A DNA stretch of 64,000 bases from contig CAWIJV010000003.1 in NCBI GenBank assembly GCA_963836585.1, positions 432,761 to 496,760 of the forward strand, in the 5' to 3' direction. Source of the DNA: an uncultured bacterium. Lineage in GTDB: Bacteria; Babelota; Babeliae; Babelales; Vermiphilaceae. Below, one piece after another: positions 9,057-18,455 of this stretch; positions within the stretch are counted from its first letter, which is position 1, and each line of letters opens with the position of its first letter. The translations under genes and the position numbers were made by a program. The notes beneath the pieces are model-generated. The model did no database searches and was not told the origin of the DNA. It saw nothing but the letters and a program-made list of their open reading frames with translations.

Positions 9057-10460
9057 ATGTCCATGAGGTTACCGGTTGCCAATCTCTTTAGATCGTTATT
9101 TAATGTTGCGCCGCATGAACGGCTTAAATTATTACTCCTTTCTATTACATTTTTCTTTGTCATCGCCTCGTACACCATTATCAAAGAGTTAAAAGATTCT
9201 ATCTTTGTTGCGGTGGTGGGCAAAGGATATATTCCCTATGCTAAAACGTTTACCATGCTGGTGCTGGTGCCGGCAATCTTGTTTTACGCATTTTTGGTTG
9301 ATCGGCTGCGCCGCTATCATCTTTTGTATGTCTACGCGATCTTTTATGGCATCATTGGGCTGCTCTTTGCCTTTTTGATGAACCATCCTACCATTGGGCT
9401 GCCCAATACGGCGGCAAATCCTGATCGAATCTTTGGCTGGCTTTTTTACTTTTTTGTTGAAGGCTATTCTCCCTTCATGGTGAGTGTTTTTTGGGCATTT
9501 GCCAACTCGATCACCAATCCTGAAGAAGCAAAGCAGAATTACGGTCTAATGGTCTCTGGCTCCAAGCTGGGCGGAATGCTGAGCGCGGGGTTGGCATGGG
9601 TGGTGTTGAGTAGCTCCAATCCATTTTACCGTTATATAAATTCAGATATTGCACGTCATCAACTGTTATTGACCTTTGCAGCAGTGATGGTACTTATCGT
9701 GCCGCTCGTGATCATGCTGCTGATGAAAAAAGTGTCGGGTAAATATTTACATGGCTATGAAGCAGCGTACCAAGTAGAAAAAGAACGTCATAAATCGGGA
9801 GAAGAAAAAACAGGACTGTTTGCCGGATTATATATGTTCCTAAAATACCCCTATATTTTGGGCATATTTTGCATGATCTTCTTCTATGAAATGATCAATA
9901 CGGTGCTCTCTTACCAGCGCGTGGGTATTGCGCAGGCTAATGCCACCTGTTTGGCCGATATGAGCAGCTTTCTGTTTAAGCTGATATTCTTAACCCATTT
10001 GACCGGGTTTCTTATCTCTTTATTCGGCACTAAAACGCTTATGAATAAATTAGGGGAGCGGCTGTGCCTGATCCTTATCCCGACCATTACCGGAATATTA
10101 CTGTTTTATTTAATGTTTAATTATACCTGCCTTGGATTTTTGACCGTGTGGGTAATTATGCGGGCAATTAACTATGGGTTTAGCTATCCGGTGCGCGAGA
10201 GTCTCTACATTCCGACGGTGAAAGAGATCAAGTTCAAGTCCAAATCTTGGATCGATGCATTTGGCACTAAGTTTGCCAAGACGGGCGGATCGACCTTTAA
10301 TGTGTTTGCCGAGCATCTAGGAGAAAATATTATTTTTAGCGCCTATTGCTTCTTTTTTGCCGGTATTATTGGCGTATGGGTTGTGGCGGCTTTCTTGTTA
10401 GGCAAACGGTTTGAAAAAGCGGTTGAGGCCAAGGAAGTTATCGGGGCGCAGAAGGAATAA
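9057..10460 (+). CDS. TLC-family nucleotide (ATP/ADP) translocase, copy 2
   Basis: IKELKDSIF and FWAFANSITNPEEAK motifs as in rickettsial/chlamydial Tlc/NTT proteins. Confidence 0.8.
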   Translation: MSMRLPVANLFRSLFNVAPHERLKLLLLSITFFFVIASYTIIKELKDSIFVAVVGKGYIPYAKTFTMLVLVPAILFYAFLVDRLRRYHLLYVYAIFYGIIGLLFAFLMNHPTIGLPNTAANPDRIFGWLFYFFVEGYSPFMVSVFWAFANSITNPEEAKQNYGLMVSGSKLGGMLSAGLAWVVLSSSNPFYRYINSDIARHQLLLTFAAVMVLIVPLVIMLLMKKVSGKYLHGYEAAYQVEKERHKSGEEKTGLFAGLYMFLKYPYILGIFCMIFFYEMINTVLSYQRVGIAQANATCLADMSSFLFKLIFLTHLTGFLISLFGTKTLMNKLGERLCLILIPTITGILLFYLMFNYTCLGFLTVWVIMRAINYGFSYPVRESLYIPTVKEIKFKSKSWIDAFGTKFAKTGGSTFNVFAEHLGENIIFSAYCFFFAGIIGVWVVAAFLLGKRFEKAVEAKEVIGAQKE

Positions 10461-10610
10461 TCCAGCATTCTTATTGCATTATCGCCCTGTTTTGATATTA
10501 TAAAATCTAATAATTTCATTAAAAATATACTCTTAAATAGGGGTGGCTACTCAGATAGTAATTATCTGATGCCTTAAGCGTATATAAATAACCCCAAAAG
10601 GATCAAATTC

Positions 10611-11549
10611 ATGCTCGATCAAAATCGAAAATCATTTTTTGAATCACTTATCAAATCAGGCATTCACTGGGGCCATCAAAAGTCGCGCAGAAATCCAAAA
10701 ATGGATCCTTATATCTGGGGAACCAAGAATGGAGTGAGCCTGATCGATGTTTCCAAAACAGCCTATCAGCTAGAAGCTGCCGCAAAATTTCTTGAGTCTG
10801 TGGCGGCCGAAGGGCGCCAAATTCTATGGGTGGGCACTAAAAAGCCGGCGCAAGAGGTTGTCTTTACCGCCGCTACTTCATTAAAAATGCCGTATGTTAC
10901 TCATCGTTGGATTGGTGGCACGCTCAGCAACTATTCACAGGTGACCAAATCTCGTACCAAACTGTTACATTTTGAAGATGTTTTGGCCAAGGCTGAAAAA
11001 TATCCGCATTACACCAAAAAAGAGCTCAACGTAATTCAAAAAGCGGTAGAGCGTTTGAAAAAAAATGTGGGCGGTATTAGAAATCTTAGCTGGCCAGTTG
11101 GCGCTATCGTATTAATAGATATTCTCAAAGAGCGTTCGGCGCTTAAAGAAGCGGCACGCATGGGAGTTCCGGTGGTCGCGTTGGTGGATACCAATGCTGA
11201 TCCATCATTGGTTGATTATGTGATCCCGGGCAATGATGATGCGCCAAAAGCAATCAGATGGGTGATCGATGAATTGGCCAAAGCTGCGAGCAAAGGCGCG
11301 GCTGTTGCACAAGCCAAACCGGTTGACTCTGCTGTGGAGCAAGCGGGTAAAGAGCAAGTTGATCTTACTTTTATTGAAATTGGTTCTGAAGAAGAAGGCG
11401 GCGGAAAACGCCGTGGCGCACGCAAACCTGAAGCTGCTGCTGCCGGCGCGGCAAATCCTGCTCGGCGAAGATTCGATGACGATCGCAGCAGAACTCCGGG
11501 CCGAGGCCCTCGTCGTCCTGTCGCTCCTCGTAAAAAGCCCTCAGAGTAA
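10611..11549 (+). CDS. rpsB: 30S ribosomal protein S2 with long basic/Ala-rich C-terminal extension
   Basis: Conserved S2 core (IHWGHQ, LWVGTKK). 312 aa with a low-complexity tail KRRGARKPEAAAAGAANPARRR. Confidence 0.9.
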   Translation: MLDQNRKSFFESLIKSGIHWGHQKSRRNPKMDPYIWGTKNGVSLIDVSKTAYQLEAAAKFLESVAAEGRQILWVGTKKPAQEVVFTAATSLKMPYVTHRWIGGTLSNYSQVTKSRTKLLHFEDVLAKAEKYPHYTKKELNVIQKAVERLKKNVGGIRNLSWPVGAIVLIDILKERSALKEAARMGVPVVALVDTNADPSLVDYVIPGNDDAPKAIRWVIDELAKAASKGAAVAQAKPVDSAVEQAGKEQVDLTFIEIGSEEEGGGKRRGARKPEAAAAGAANPARRRFDDDRSRTPGRGPRRPVAPRKKPSE

Positions 11550-11560
11550 AAAAACATAAT

Positions 11561-11649
11561 GGAGAGATGTCTGAGTGGTCGAAAGAGCACGATTGGAAAT
11601 CGTGTATGTCTTGAAAAAGGCATCGAGGGTTCGAATCCCTCTCTCTCCA
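11561..11649 (+). tRNA. tRNA-Ser (anticodon GGA)
   Basis: Cloverleaf with acceptor GGAGAGA/TCTCTCC, anticodon loop TTGGAAA, long variable arm, T-loop GGTTCGAATCC. No encoded CCA. Confidence 0.85.
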
Positions 11650-11880
11650 TACTACGCTAAAGCTTTCTACTACGCTAAAGCTTCGTAGAACAGGTCGTCT
11701 GGCAGCCCTGCTCTTCGTAGCCGCGGGAGCGGCGAAGTAGAGGCCACCTTGTTAAGGGAATGATTTGCTAATAATTTTGGCATTGATAGCACCAAGCGTA
11801 GTATGAGCCCTTCGAAGCTCGCTAAGGCGAGCGAAGTAGGGCCACCATGGCAAAGCGGAGCCTTTATTAAAATTTTCTAT
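11650..11880. repeat. GC-rich modular repeat element immediately 3' of tRNA-Ser
   Basis: Tandem tactacgctaaagct x2. The modules ttcgtagaacagg / cctgctcttcgtagccgcgggagcggcgaagtagaggccacc recur in the tRNA-Ala fragment at 18297-18380. A second related unit ends in gaagtagggccacc. Confidence 0.6.
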
Positions 11881-11983
11881 AAATTGGGGAAACAGGTAAA
11901 ACTGTTGTGCAGAATCTGTCAGGTCTGAAAGGAAGCAGCAGGGGCATGATAGTTTGTATCTGTTTTCCCGTATTAGGTCGGGT

Positions 11984-13732
11984 ATGGACAATAATCTCAA
12001 TCTCGCACGCAAATGGCGCTCAAAGAACTTTGATCAAATTGTTGGTCAGGATCTTTCGGTTCGCATGCTCAAAAATAGTCTATATCTCAACCACTATTTC
12101 CCCGTCTATCTATTTGCCGGGCAAAGAGGATGCGGTAAAACTACCACGGCGCGTGTTTTTTCTGCTGCCATCAATTGCGATCAATTAACCTCCTTTCAAA
12201 AAGATCCTAAAAATATTATTGTTCCCTGCTTGGTATGCCATTCGTGCAGCGCAATGCTTGCCGGACGTCATCCAGATTTTATCGAAATCGATGCTGCTTC
12301 CAATACCGGTGTTGATAATGTGCGTCAAATCATCGATTCTTCCGCGCTGCTACCGCTGATGGGAAAGAAGAAAATTTATTTGATCGATGAAGCGCATATG
12401 CTCAGCAAAGCGGCTTTTAATGCCTTTTTAAAACTGATGGAAGAACCACCTTCCAGTGTGATTTTTATTTTGGCAACTACCGACACTCAAAAAATTATTG
12501 ATACGGTTCGCTCGCGCTGTTTTCAGCTTTATTTTAAACCGGTCGATGAATCGCCCTTGCTCGCACATCTGCGTACTATTTGCAGTGCCGAGCAGATTGT
12601 GGCCGATGATCATGCATTGCGGCTGATTGTGCGCGAAACGAGTGGTTCAATTCGTGATGCACTTAATCTCTTGGAGCAGGTGCGATTTTCAGATAGCGCC
12701 GTTACCAAGGAATCGGTGTATCGCGTTCTTGGGCATCTTGATGATGCGCGTTTGCTGCAACTGTTTGAGATCGTGCTCCACAAATCACCCACGCAATTTT
12801 TGGCATTTGCGGCTGAGCAATCGCTGGAAAAATTTTCTGCTGAATTTTTGTGGCAGAGAATCACTGAGCTGATTCGTGCAGCACTCTGGATAAAAAACGG
12901 AGTCAGCCCGCGGCAATTTAACGATTATAGTTCGCAGATTCAATTTTTGACCCAAGCAAAATCACTCAAATATTTAACGGCATTGCTTGAACTGTTTTAT
13001 ACTAACGAATCGCTGTTTCGTAAAACCACGGCGCAATACGCATTTCTTGAAGTACTGCTTTTGCGCATTTGCCAAAAAAATGAAAGCAACAGCAACTCAA
13101 GTGTGCCAGCAGCCGCTGCGCAACCAACTGCGATTCAAGAGCATGAATTAACAGCGCTTGAAGAAGATGAGGCTGATGATGAGGAGGAGCCGCAAGATAC
13201 CGATCCGGTCTACGAGGATGAGAATGCGGCGCTCTGGGCACGTGTGGTGACTCAGGTGAATCAATTGCATGATCCGCTCTTGAGCTCAATCTTTAAACAG
13301 GGAAGCTTAACAACTGTTGATGCGTCAGCCCAAACACTCACCGTTGAATTTCCCAAGCAGCTAACTTTTTTTAGCGACATCATCGAATCAACCCAAAACC
13401 AGTGGCAACCGCTCTTGCAACCGATTATCGGCTTTGAACCGCGCTTGATCGCGCAGTTTACTAAAGTGGTTGCGACGGCCGAGCCTATAGTTTCAACAGT
13501 GGCGCAAGCGCAGCCGTTGCCGCAGCATGTATCGCGACCAGTGGAAAAACCTAAGCAGGCTGCATCGCATACCAATTTTGCTTACCAAAATAATAATCGT
13601 AGTACGCGATCTTCTGTTTCATTTATCAACGAACCTAAACTTGATGTTTCCAATGTGCAGGAATGGCCGCAGGTAAATCTGGTGCTGCGCCATTTTCCCG
13701 GCACGGTTACCCAAATGAGAGAATTAGTATGA
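11984..13732 (+). CDS. dnaX: DNA polymerase III subunit gamma/tau
   Basis: LARKWRSKNFDQIVGQD start, Walker A GQRGCGKTT, and a Zn-module CHSC. The ORF in the track begins 30 nt earlier at 11954. Confidence 0.85.
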   Translation: MDNNLNLARKWRSKNFDQIVGQDLSVRMLKNSLYLNHYFPVYLFAGQRGCGKTTTARVFSAAINCDQLTSFQKDPKNIIVPCLVCHSCSAMLAGRHPDFIEIDAASNTGVDNVRQIIDSSALLPLMGKKKIYLIDEAHMLSKAAFNAFLKLMEEPPSSVIFILATTDTQKIIDTVRSRCFQLYFKPVDESPLLAHLRTICSAEQIVADDHALRLIVRETSGSIRDALNLLEQVRFSDSAVTKESVYRVLGHLDDARLLQLFEIVLHKSPTQFLAFAAEQSLEKFSAEFLWQRITELIRAALWIKNGVSPRQFNDYSSQIQFLTQAKSLKYLTALLELFYTNESLFRKTTAQYAFLEVLLLRICQKNESNSNSSVPAAAAQPTAIQEHELTALEEDEADDEEEPQDTDPVYEDENAALWARVVTQVNQLHDPLLSSIFKQGSLTTVDASAQTLTVEFPKQLTFFSDIIESTQNQWQPLLQPIIGFEPRLIAQFTKVVATAEPIVSTVAQAQPLPQHVSRPVEKPKQAASHTNFAYQNNNRSTRSSVSFINEPKLDVSNVQEWPQVNLVLRHFPGTVTQMRELV

Positions 13733-15042
13733 GTTTGCCACGGGTAGTTATTGTCGGTCGCACCAATGTGGGTAAATCGACTCTCTTTAATCGTCTTTCG
13801 GTGAATGCCAAGAGTATGACCTTCGATTTTGAAGGGGTCACCCGCGATGTGATCAAAGATATTGTCACCTGGAAAGAGTATACCTTTGAATTGATAGATA
13901 CGGGTGGCATCAGTTTGCGCAAAAGCAGCGATGAGATCAATGAACAGGTTCGCCAACGCGCACTGGGCATGCTGGAGCAGGCCGATGTGCTTTTGTTTGT
14001 CTGCGATGGCACGGTCGGATTAACGGCCGAAGATCGGGAAGTAATCAAAACATGCAGGAAAGTTGCCAAAAAAATTATTGTGGTGGTAAATAAATCCGAT
14101 AATTCACTTACTCAAGAAAATGAGCATGAGTTTCATAGTCTGGGCATCAAGCCGGTGATTTTTATGTCGGCGCTCCATGGTATGGCTGCCGGTGATCTGC
14201 TTGATAGCATTTGCATGGCATTGCCTGCGCCCCAGCTAGTGGCTGAAGAAGCCGATGAAAATGCTAAGATTGTGATTCTGGGCAAGCCCAATGTGGGTAA
14301 ATCATCGTTGTTGAATATGCTGGTGCAAGAAGAGCGGGCCATTGTGAGCCCGGTTGCGGGCACCACGCGTGAAGCGGTGGCGCAAAAAATTTCTTTCTAT
14401 CATCAAGATCTTTTGCTTACTGATACGCCCGGCATTCGCCGAAAACGCAAGATTGAAGAAACGCTGGAGACCATGATGGTCAAGAGTGCGTTTCGCGCCG
14501 TGGATAATGCGGATCTGGTTTTGCTTCTTATTGATGCTGCTGAGCATGCGATCGCCGATCAGGAATTAAAATTGGCTTTTTATGTGTTTGAGCATTATAA
14601 ATCGCTGATTATTTTATTTAACAAAGATGATCTTTCTGATGCGGCCATCAAAAAGGATAGGGATTATAGCTTAAGTGTCTATGACTATTTCTTAAAAAAG
14701 ATTCCTCAAATGCCTATTTCATGCAAAACAGGAAAAAATATCGGCAAAGTATTGCCGCTGGTAAAACAGGTGTATGAACGTGCGCAGCAAAAATTTGATG
14801 ATGATGAGCTCACGATGCTGTTTAAAGAAGCGCTGCGCAAAAAGCCGCTCTATCATCAGCAGAAGATTATTAACGTCAAACGCGCCAAGCAGATTGCGGT
14901 GAATCCGATCACCATTGTGCTGATTACCGAAACGCCCGAATGGTTTGGCCCCTCACAACTTGGATTTTTTGATAATATACTGCGCTCAGAATACGAACTT
15001 CTGGGTGTGCCGATCAAATTCTTAACGCGAAAGCCGTCATAA
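13729..15042 (+). CDS. der: ribosome-associated GTPase Der (EngA), tandem GTPase domains
   Basis: Two G-domains (GRTNVGKST and GKPNVGKSS). The ATG overlaps the dnaX stop (ATGA). Confidence 0.85.
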   Translation: MSLPRVVIVGRTNVGKSTLFNRLSVNAKSMTFDFEGVTRDVIKDIVTWKEYTFELIDTGGISLRKSSDEINEQVRQRALGMLEQADVLLFVCDGTVGLTAEDREVIKTCRKVAKKIIVVVNKSDNSLTQENEHEFHSLGIKPVIFMSALHGMAAGDLLDSICMALPAPQLVAEEADENAKIVILGKPNVGKSSLLNMLVQEERAIVSPVAGTTREAVAQKISFYHQDLLLTDTPGIRRKRKIEETLETMMVKSAFRAVDNADLVLLLIDAAEHAIADQELKLAFYVFEHYKSLIILFNKDDLSDAAIKKDRDYSLSVYDYFLKKIPQMPISCKTGKNIGKVLPLVKQVYERAQQKFDDDELTMLFKEALRKKPLYHQQKIINVKRAKQIAVNPITIVLITETPEWFGPSQLGFFDNILRSEYELLGVPIKFLTRKPS

Positions 15043-15142
15043 TTAATGCATGCCATAGAGAATGGCATGCGAATTGTCGCAGTTAAATTCTTAGTTTGCT
15101 ATACTTTGATTAATAGTTTGCATTCTATAAGGAGATAATTGT

Positions 15143-15487
15143 ATGAATATTCAAATTACATTTCGAAATTGTGATTCATCAGTAATTATGGAAGATCACA
15201 TTCAAGAGCAGTTGGCAAAAATCAAACGTTTTCTAGAGCACGAAAATTCTCCGATCTATATCGAGATTTTTGTGCAGCCGGGCAATATCCACGCGCATCA
15301 TCGTATCGATTTTGTACTCAAATCACCGCATTATGATTTAGTGACCCATGAAGAGGGCCCAAAAATTTATGAAGTGTTGGACGATGTGATTGATAAAATG
15401 TACGCACAACTGCGCCGAGAAAAAGATAAACATGTTGAAAACAGAAAAATGGTTGGGCGGCATGAAGAGTTTAAAAAGCAGCGGTAA
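15143..15487 (+). CDS. hpf: ribosome hibernation promoting factor / RaiA family
   Basis: 114 aa, NIQITFRN...pattern of the sigma-54 modulation/YfiA family. Strong RBS aaggagat. Confidence 0.75.
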   Translation: MNIQITFRNCDSSVIMEDHIQEQLAKIKRFLEHENSPIYIEIFVQPGNIHAHHRIDFVLKSPHYDLVTHEEGPKIYEVLDDVIDKMYAQLRREKDKHVENRKMVGRHEEFKKQR

Positions 15488-15492
15488 AATAT

Positions 15493-16668
15493 ATGGTTAC
15501 TAAAAAAGTCAAAAAAACAGCGTTGAAGCCTCTCAAAAGATTACCGATTGATGTCAGTGTTTTTAATATAATGAAAGAAAAAAACTATCTTTATATTGAT
15601 AAGACTGAGATCATTCATGATCTTATAACGCGAGGGCGTTTTTATTTTCTTGCACGGCCGCGCAGATTTGGTAAATCATTATTTCTTTCTACGCTGCAAG
15701 AGATATTTGAGGGAAATAAAAAGCTTTTTAAAGATCTTTGGATCGGCAAGCAAAACAGATATGATTGGCCTGTGCATCCAGTGATTTATCTCAATTTCTC
15801 AGAGCTTGATATAGCAACACCATCAGAATTAAAAGGAAGTCTTTCATGGCAACTGGAGACCATAGCAAAAAGCTATGGCATTGATGTAAAGGATGCGCCT
15901 TCACCGGGTACAAAAATGCTGCAGTTAACGCGGGAACTATCTAAAAAAAGTAGTGTGGTGATTCTCATTGATGAGTATGATTATCCTCTCATCAATATGC
16001 TCAAAAATATAAAGGTCGCCAGTGAAAATCGTGAAATTTTAAAGAATTTCTTTAGCGTTATAAAGAGCCTTGATAGATATTTGAGAGCGATCTTTCTTAC
16101 CGGAGTTACCAAATTTTCAAAAACTTCTCTTTTTTCCGGTTTGAATAATCTTAATGATATTACCACTGATCCTCGAGCAGCTACGCTTTTGGGATACACC
16201 CAAAAAGAAATTGATAGTTATTTTAGTGGCTACATAAAACGGCAGGCGGAGCATACCAAAGTCAGTGAGCAAGAAATAAAAGATGAAATTAAAGAGTGGT
16301 ATAATGGCTACCGATTTTCGCGTGAGGATATCAGAGTTTATAATCCTTTTTCAATTCTCTATTATTTTGAAAAAAAAGAACTAGAAAACTATTGGTTTGC
16401 GTCAGGTACCCCGGGATTTTTAATTGAGCTCCTGAAAAATCAATATTATGAGCTTGAAAATCTTGAAGATGTTCACTTAAGTTCTATTGCCTTAGGCGCT
16501 TTTGATATTGAATCGTTGCCGCTTGATATTGTCTTATTCCAGACCGGCTATCTCACTATCAATACCTATGATCGGGTGAAAAATAAATACACATTAACGT
16601 TTCCCAACCAGGAAATTAGAGAATCATTTAGCACTTACTTGATGAGTAACCATCCAGCTCATCAATAA
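15493..16668 (+). CDS. AAA-ATPase_like (PF09820-type) domain protein, apparently lacking the usual C-terminal PD-(D/E)XK module
   Basis: YIDKTE and RPRRFGKSL motifs typical of the predicted AAA-ATPase family. The 3' end overlaps the convergent dsbD-like gene. Confidence 0.6.
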   Translation: MVTKKVKKTALKPLKRLPIDVSVFNIMKEKNYLYIDKTEIIHDLITRGRFYFLARPRRFGKSLFLSTLQEIFEGNKKLFKDLWIGKQNRYDWPVHPVIYLNFSELDIATPSELKGSLSWQLETIAKSYGIDVKDAPSPGTKMLQLTRELSKKSSVVILIDEYDYPLINMLKNIKVASENREILKNFFSVIKSLDRYLRAIFLTGVTKFSKTSLFSGLNNLNDITTDPRAATLLGYTQKEIDSYFSGYIKRQAEHTKVSEQEIKDEIKEWYNGYRFSREDIRVYNPFSILYYFEKKELENYWFASGTPGFLIELLKNQYYELENLEDVHLSSIALGAFDIESLPLDIVLFQTGYLTINTYDRVKNKYTLTFPNQEIRESFSTYLMSNHPAHQ

Positions 16669-17858
16669 ATGAGCGCGGAGCTACGCCATAGAGTTCTGGG
16701 CCCCACTGCTTAATCACTTCTTGAGTTTGCGGATCAATGAGCAAGATGGTCGGGAAGCCCAGCACATGAAACTGTTTTAAAAGCTCACTATTTTTGCTCA
16801 AAGACCCATCAAGTTTCACCGGCACCGTGTGCTGTTGAAGATATTCTTGCACTGCTGCATCAGCAAACAAAGAGGCATCGATTGCTTTGCAAATGGAGCA
16901 ATAAGGCGCGCCGATATCCACCAATAATTTCTTTTGCATTTTTTGTGCCTGCATGCGGGCCTGCTCATAATCGGTCTGCCATGGAGCATGAGATGCTACT
17001 GATGGTTTAAAGGCAATAAACAGTGCGGTGCCAAGTGCCAGAATTCCTGCCACGATATACAGATACCGCCATACGCGGCTATGTGCTTTAACGGCATAGT
17101 ATAAAAAGCTGGCGCTTAAAACGAGCGCTGTCGCGATCACAATCCAATGCATCGCAGGCGCCGGGGTAATATAGTTCAAAAAGTAAAGGCACATGCCCAG
17201 CATCACAAAGCCAAATATTTTTTTGATCTCCACCATCCACATGCCCGCTTGCGGCAAGATCGCCAGTGAACCGGAGAAAGTGCCGATAATCAGGAGCGGC
17301 ACGCTGACTCCTATGCCGAAGGTAAAGAGTAAAAGAAATCCTAGAAAGGTGTTATTGAGAGTAGTCACTAAACAGAGTAAGCAAACCAATCCCGGTGACA
17401 AACAGGGAGAAGCCACCACGCCGCTGATGGCGCCGAAAGTAAAGGCAGAAATAAATGAGCCGCCTTTCACGTGATGATCGCGCGATTGCAGAAAACGAGG
17501 GACATACATATCATAGAGGCCGATCATGGAGAGCGCCAAATAAACCAGCAAACAGACCAAGGGAATTATGAATGCCGGATGGCTCATCAGCTGCCCCATC
17601 GCTTGCCCGGCGAATGCTGCCAGCAATCCCAAAATTGCAAAGGTGGTGGCAATGCCGGCCGTATAACTGAGTGCGAGCAGAAAATTGGTGAACAGCGAGC
17701 TGCTGCCCTGCGATTGCAAAATGCCGGCTGTAATGGGAATCATCGGATAAATGCAGGGGGTCAGGCTCATGCACAGGCCCAAGACAAAGGTAAGCGCGAT
17801 GCGCAAGAATAATGAATCACTGGCAGTGATAGTATCAGTAAGCCAAGAAAGCCACATA
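16628..17858 (-). CDS. dsbD: DsbD-like thiol:disulfide interchange protein (CcdA-type membrane core fused to C-terminal thioredoxin domain)
   Basis: Multi-TM core with paired Cys, and a C-terminal CSICK thioredoxin-like motif. The true start is probably MWLSWL. The longer ORF in the track overlaps tRNA-Ala. Confidence 0.7.
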
Positions 17859-17883
17859 ATTCCCTCTTTTTTGCAATGAAATT

Positions 17884-17956
17884 TGGAGCTAATCGGGGTC
17901 GAACCGATGACCTCATGAATGCCATCCATGCGCTCTACCAACTGAGCTATAGCCCC
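17884..17956 (-). tRNA. tRNA-Ala (anticodon GGC)
   Basis: Reverse complement GGGGCTATAGCTCAGTTGGTAGAGCGCATGGATGGCATTCATGAGGTCATCGGTTCGACCCCGATTAGCTCCA folds as a cloverleaf with anticodon loop ATGGCAT. No encoded CCA. Confidence 0.85.
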
Positions 17957-17970
17957 AAAAATTATTTCAA

Positions 17971-18213
17971 TTACCAAAATCTTTTTTTAGCAAATGCGTA
18001 TCCAGATCCAACTTTTATATACTTTTCAAAATTGATGGCTTTTTCTTCGCAATCGAATGCTAGATAGCCAACCAATTTCCAGGGCTTGCCTTTATCAGTA
18101 TATGATGATCTACCAGAATTATGCATCTTGATTCTTTCATCCAAGTCACCAGTATAACCAACGTAAGTTTCATCTGGATTTTTAAGAGATCTCAATAAAT
18201 ACACATAATACAT
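17971..18213 (-). CDS. GIY-YIG nuclease-domain small protein (YhbQ/UPF0213-like)
   Basis: MYYVYLLRS...YVGYTGDLDERIKMHNSG is a canonical GIY-YIG motif. ~80 aa. Confidence 0.7.
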   Translation of the reverse strand: MYYVYLLRSLKNPDETYVGYTGDLDERIKMHNSGRSSYTDKGKPWKLVGYLAFDCEEKAINFEKYIKVGSGYAFAKKRFW

Positions 18214-18296
18214 GTTTGTTGTTGAAGTTATATCCATCTATTTCAATCATCTTAAGTTAATTTTGATGACCTCTACTTCGCCGCCTTTGGCGGCTA

Positions 18297-18380
18297 CGAA
18301 GAGCAGGCTCACGAATGCCATCCATGCGCTCTACCAACTGCCTGTTCTACGTAGCTTTAGCGTAGTAGAAAGCTATAGCC
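18297..18380 (-). pseudogene. 5' fragment of a second tRNA-Ala copy, interrupted by two GC-rich repeat modules and lacking T-arm/acceptor 3' half
   Basis: Reverse complement reads GGGGCTATAGCT[ttctactacgctaaagctacgtagaacagg]CAGTTGGTAGAGCGCATGGATGGCATTCGTGAG[cctgctcttcgtagccgccaaaggcggcgaagtagagg]TCATC. The bracketed modules match the element at 11650-11753. Confidence 0.6.
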
Positions 18381-18455
18381 CCAAAAATTATATTTCGCTA
18401 TACTCAGTCAAGTGTATCGTTATCAATTCAAAAATCAATGGATGGCTGGCGCCAA

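Noticed and set aside
16628-17977. Long version of the dsbD ORF (449 aa) starting at 17977
   Set aside because: The extra N-terminal 40 codons overlap the tRNA-Ala gene on the same strand. The real start is most likely the internal Met (MWLSWL).
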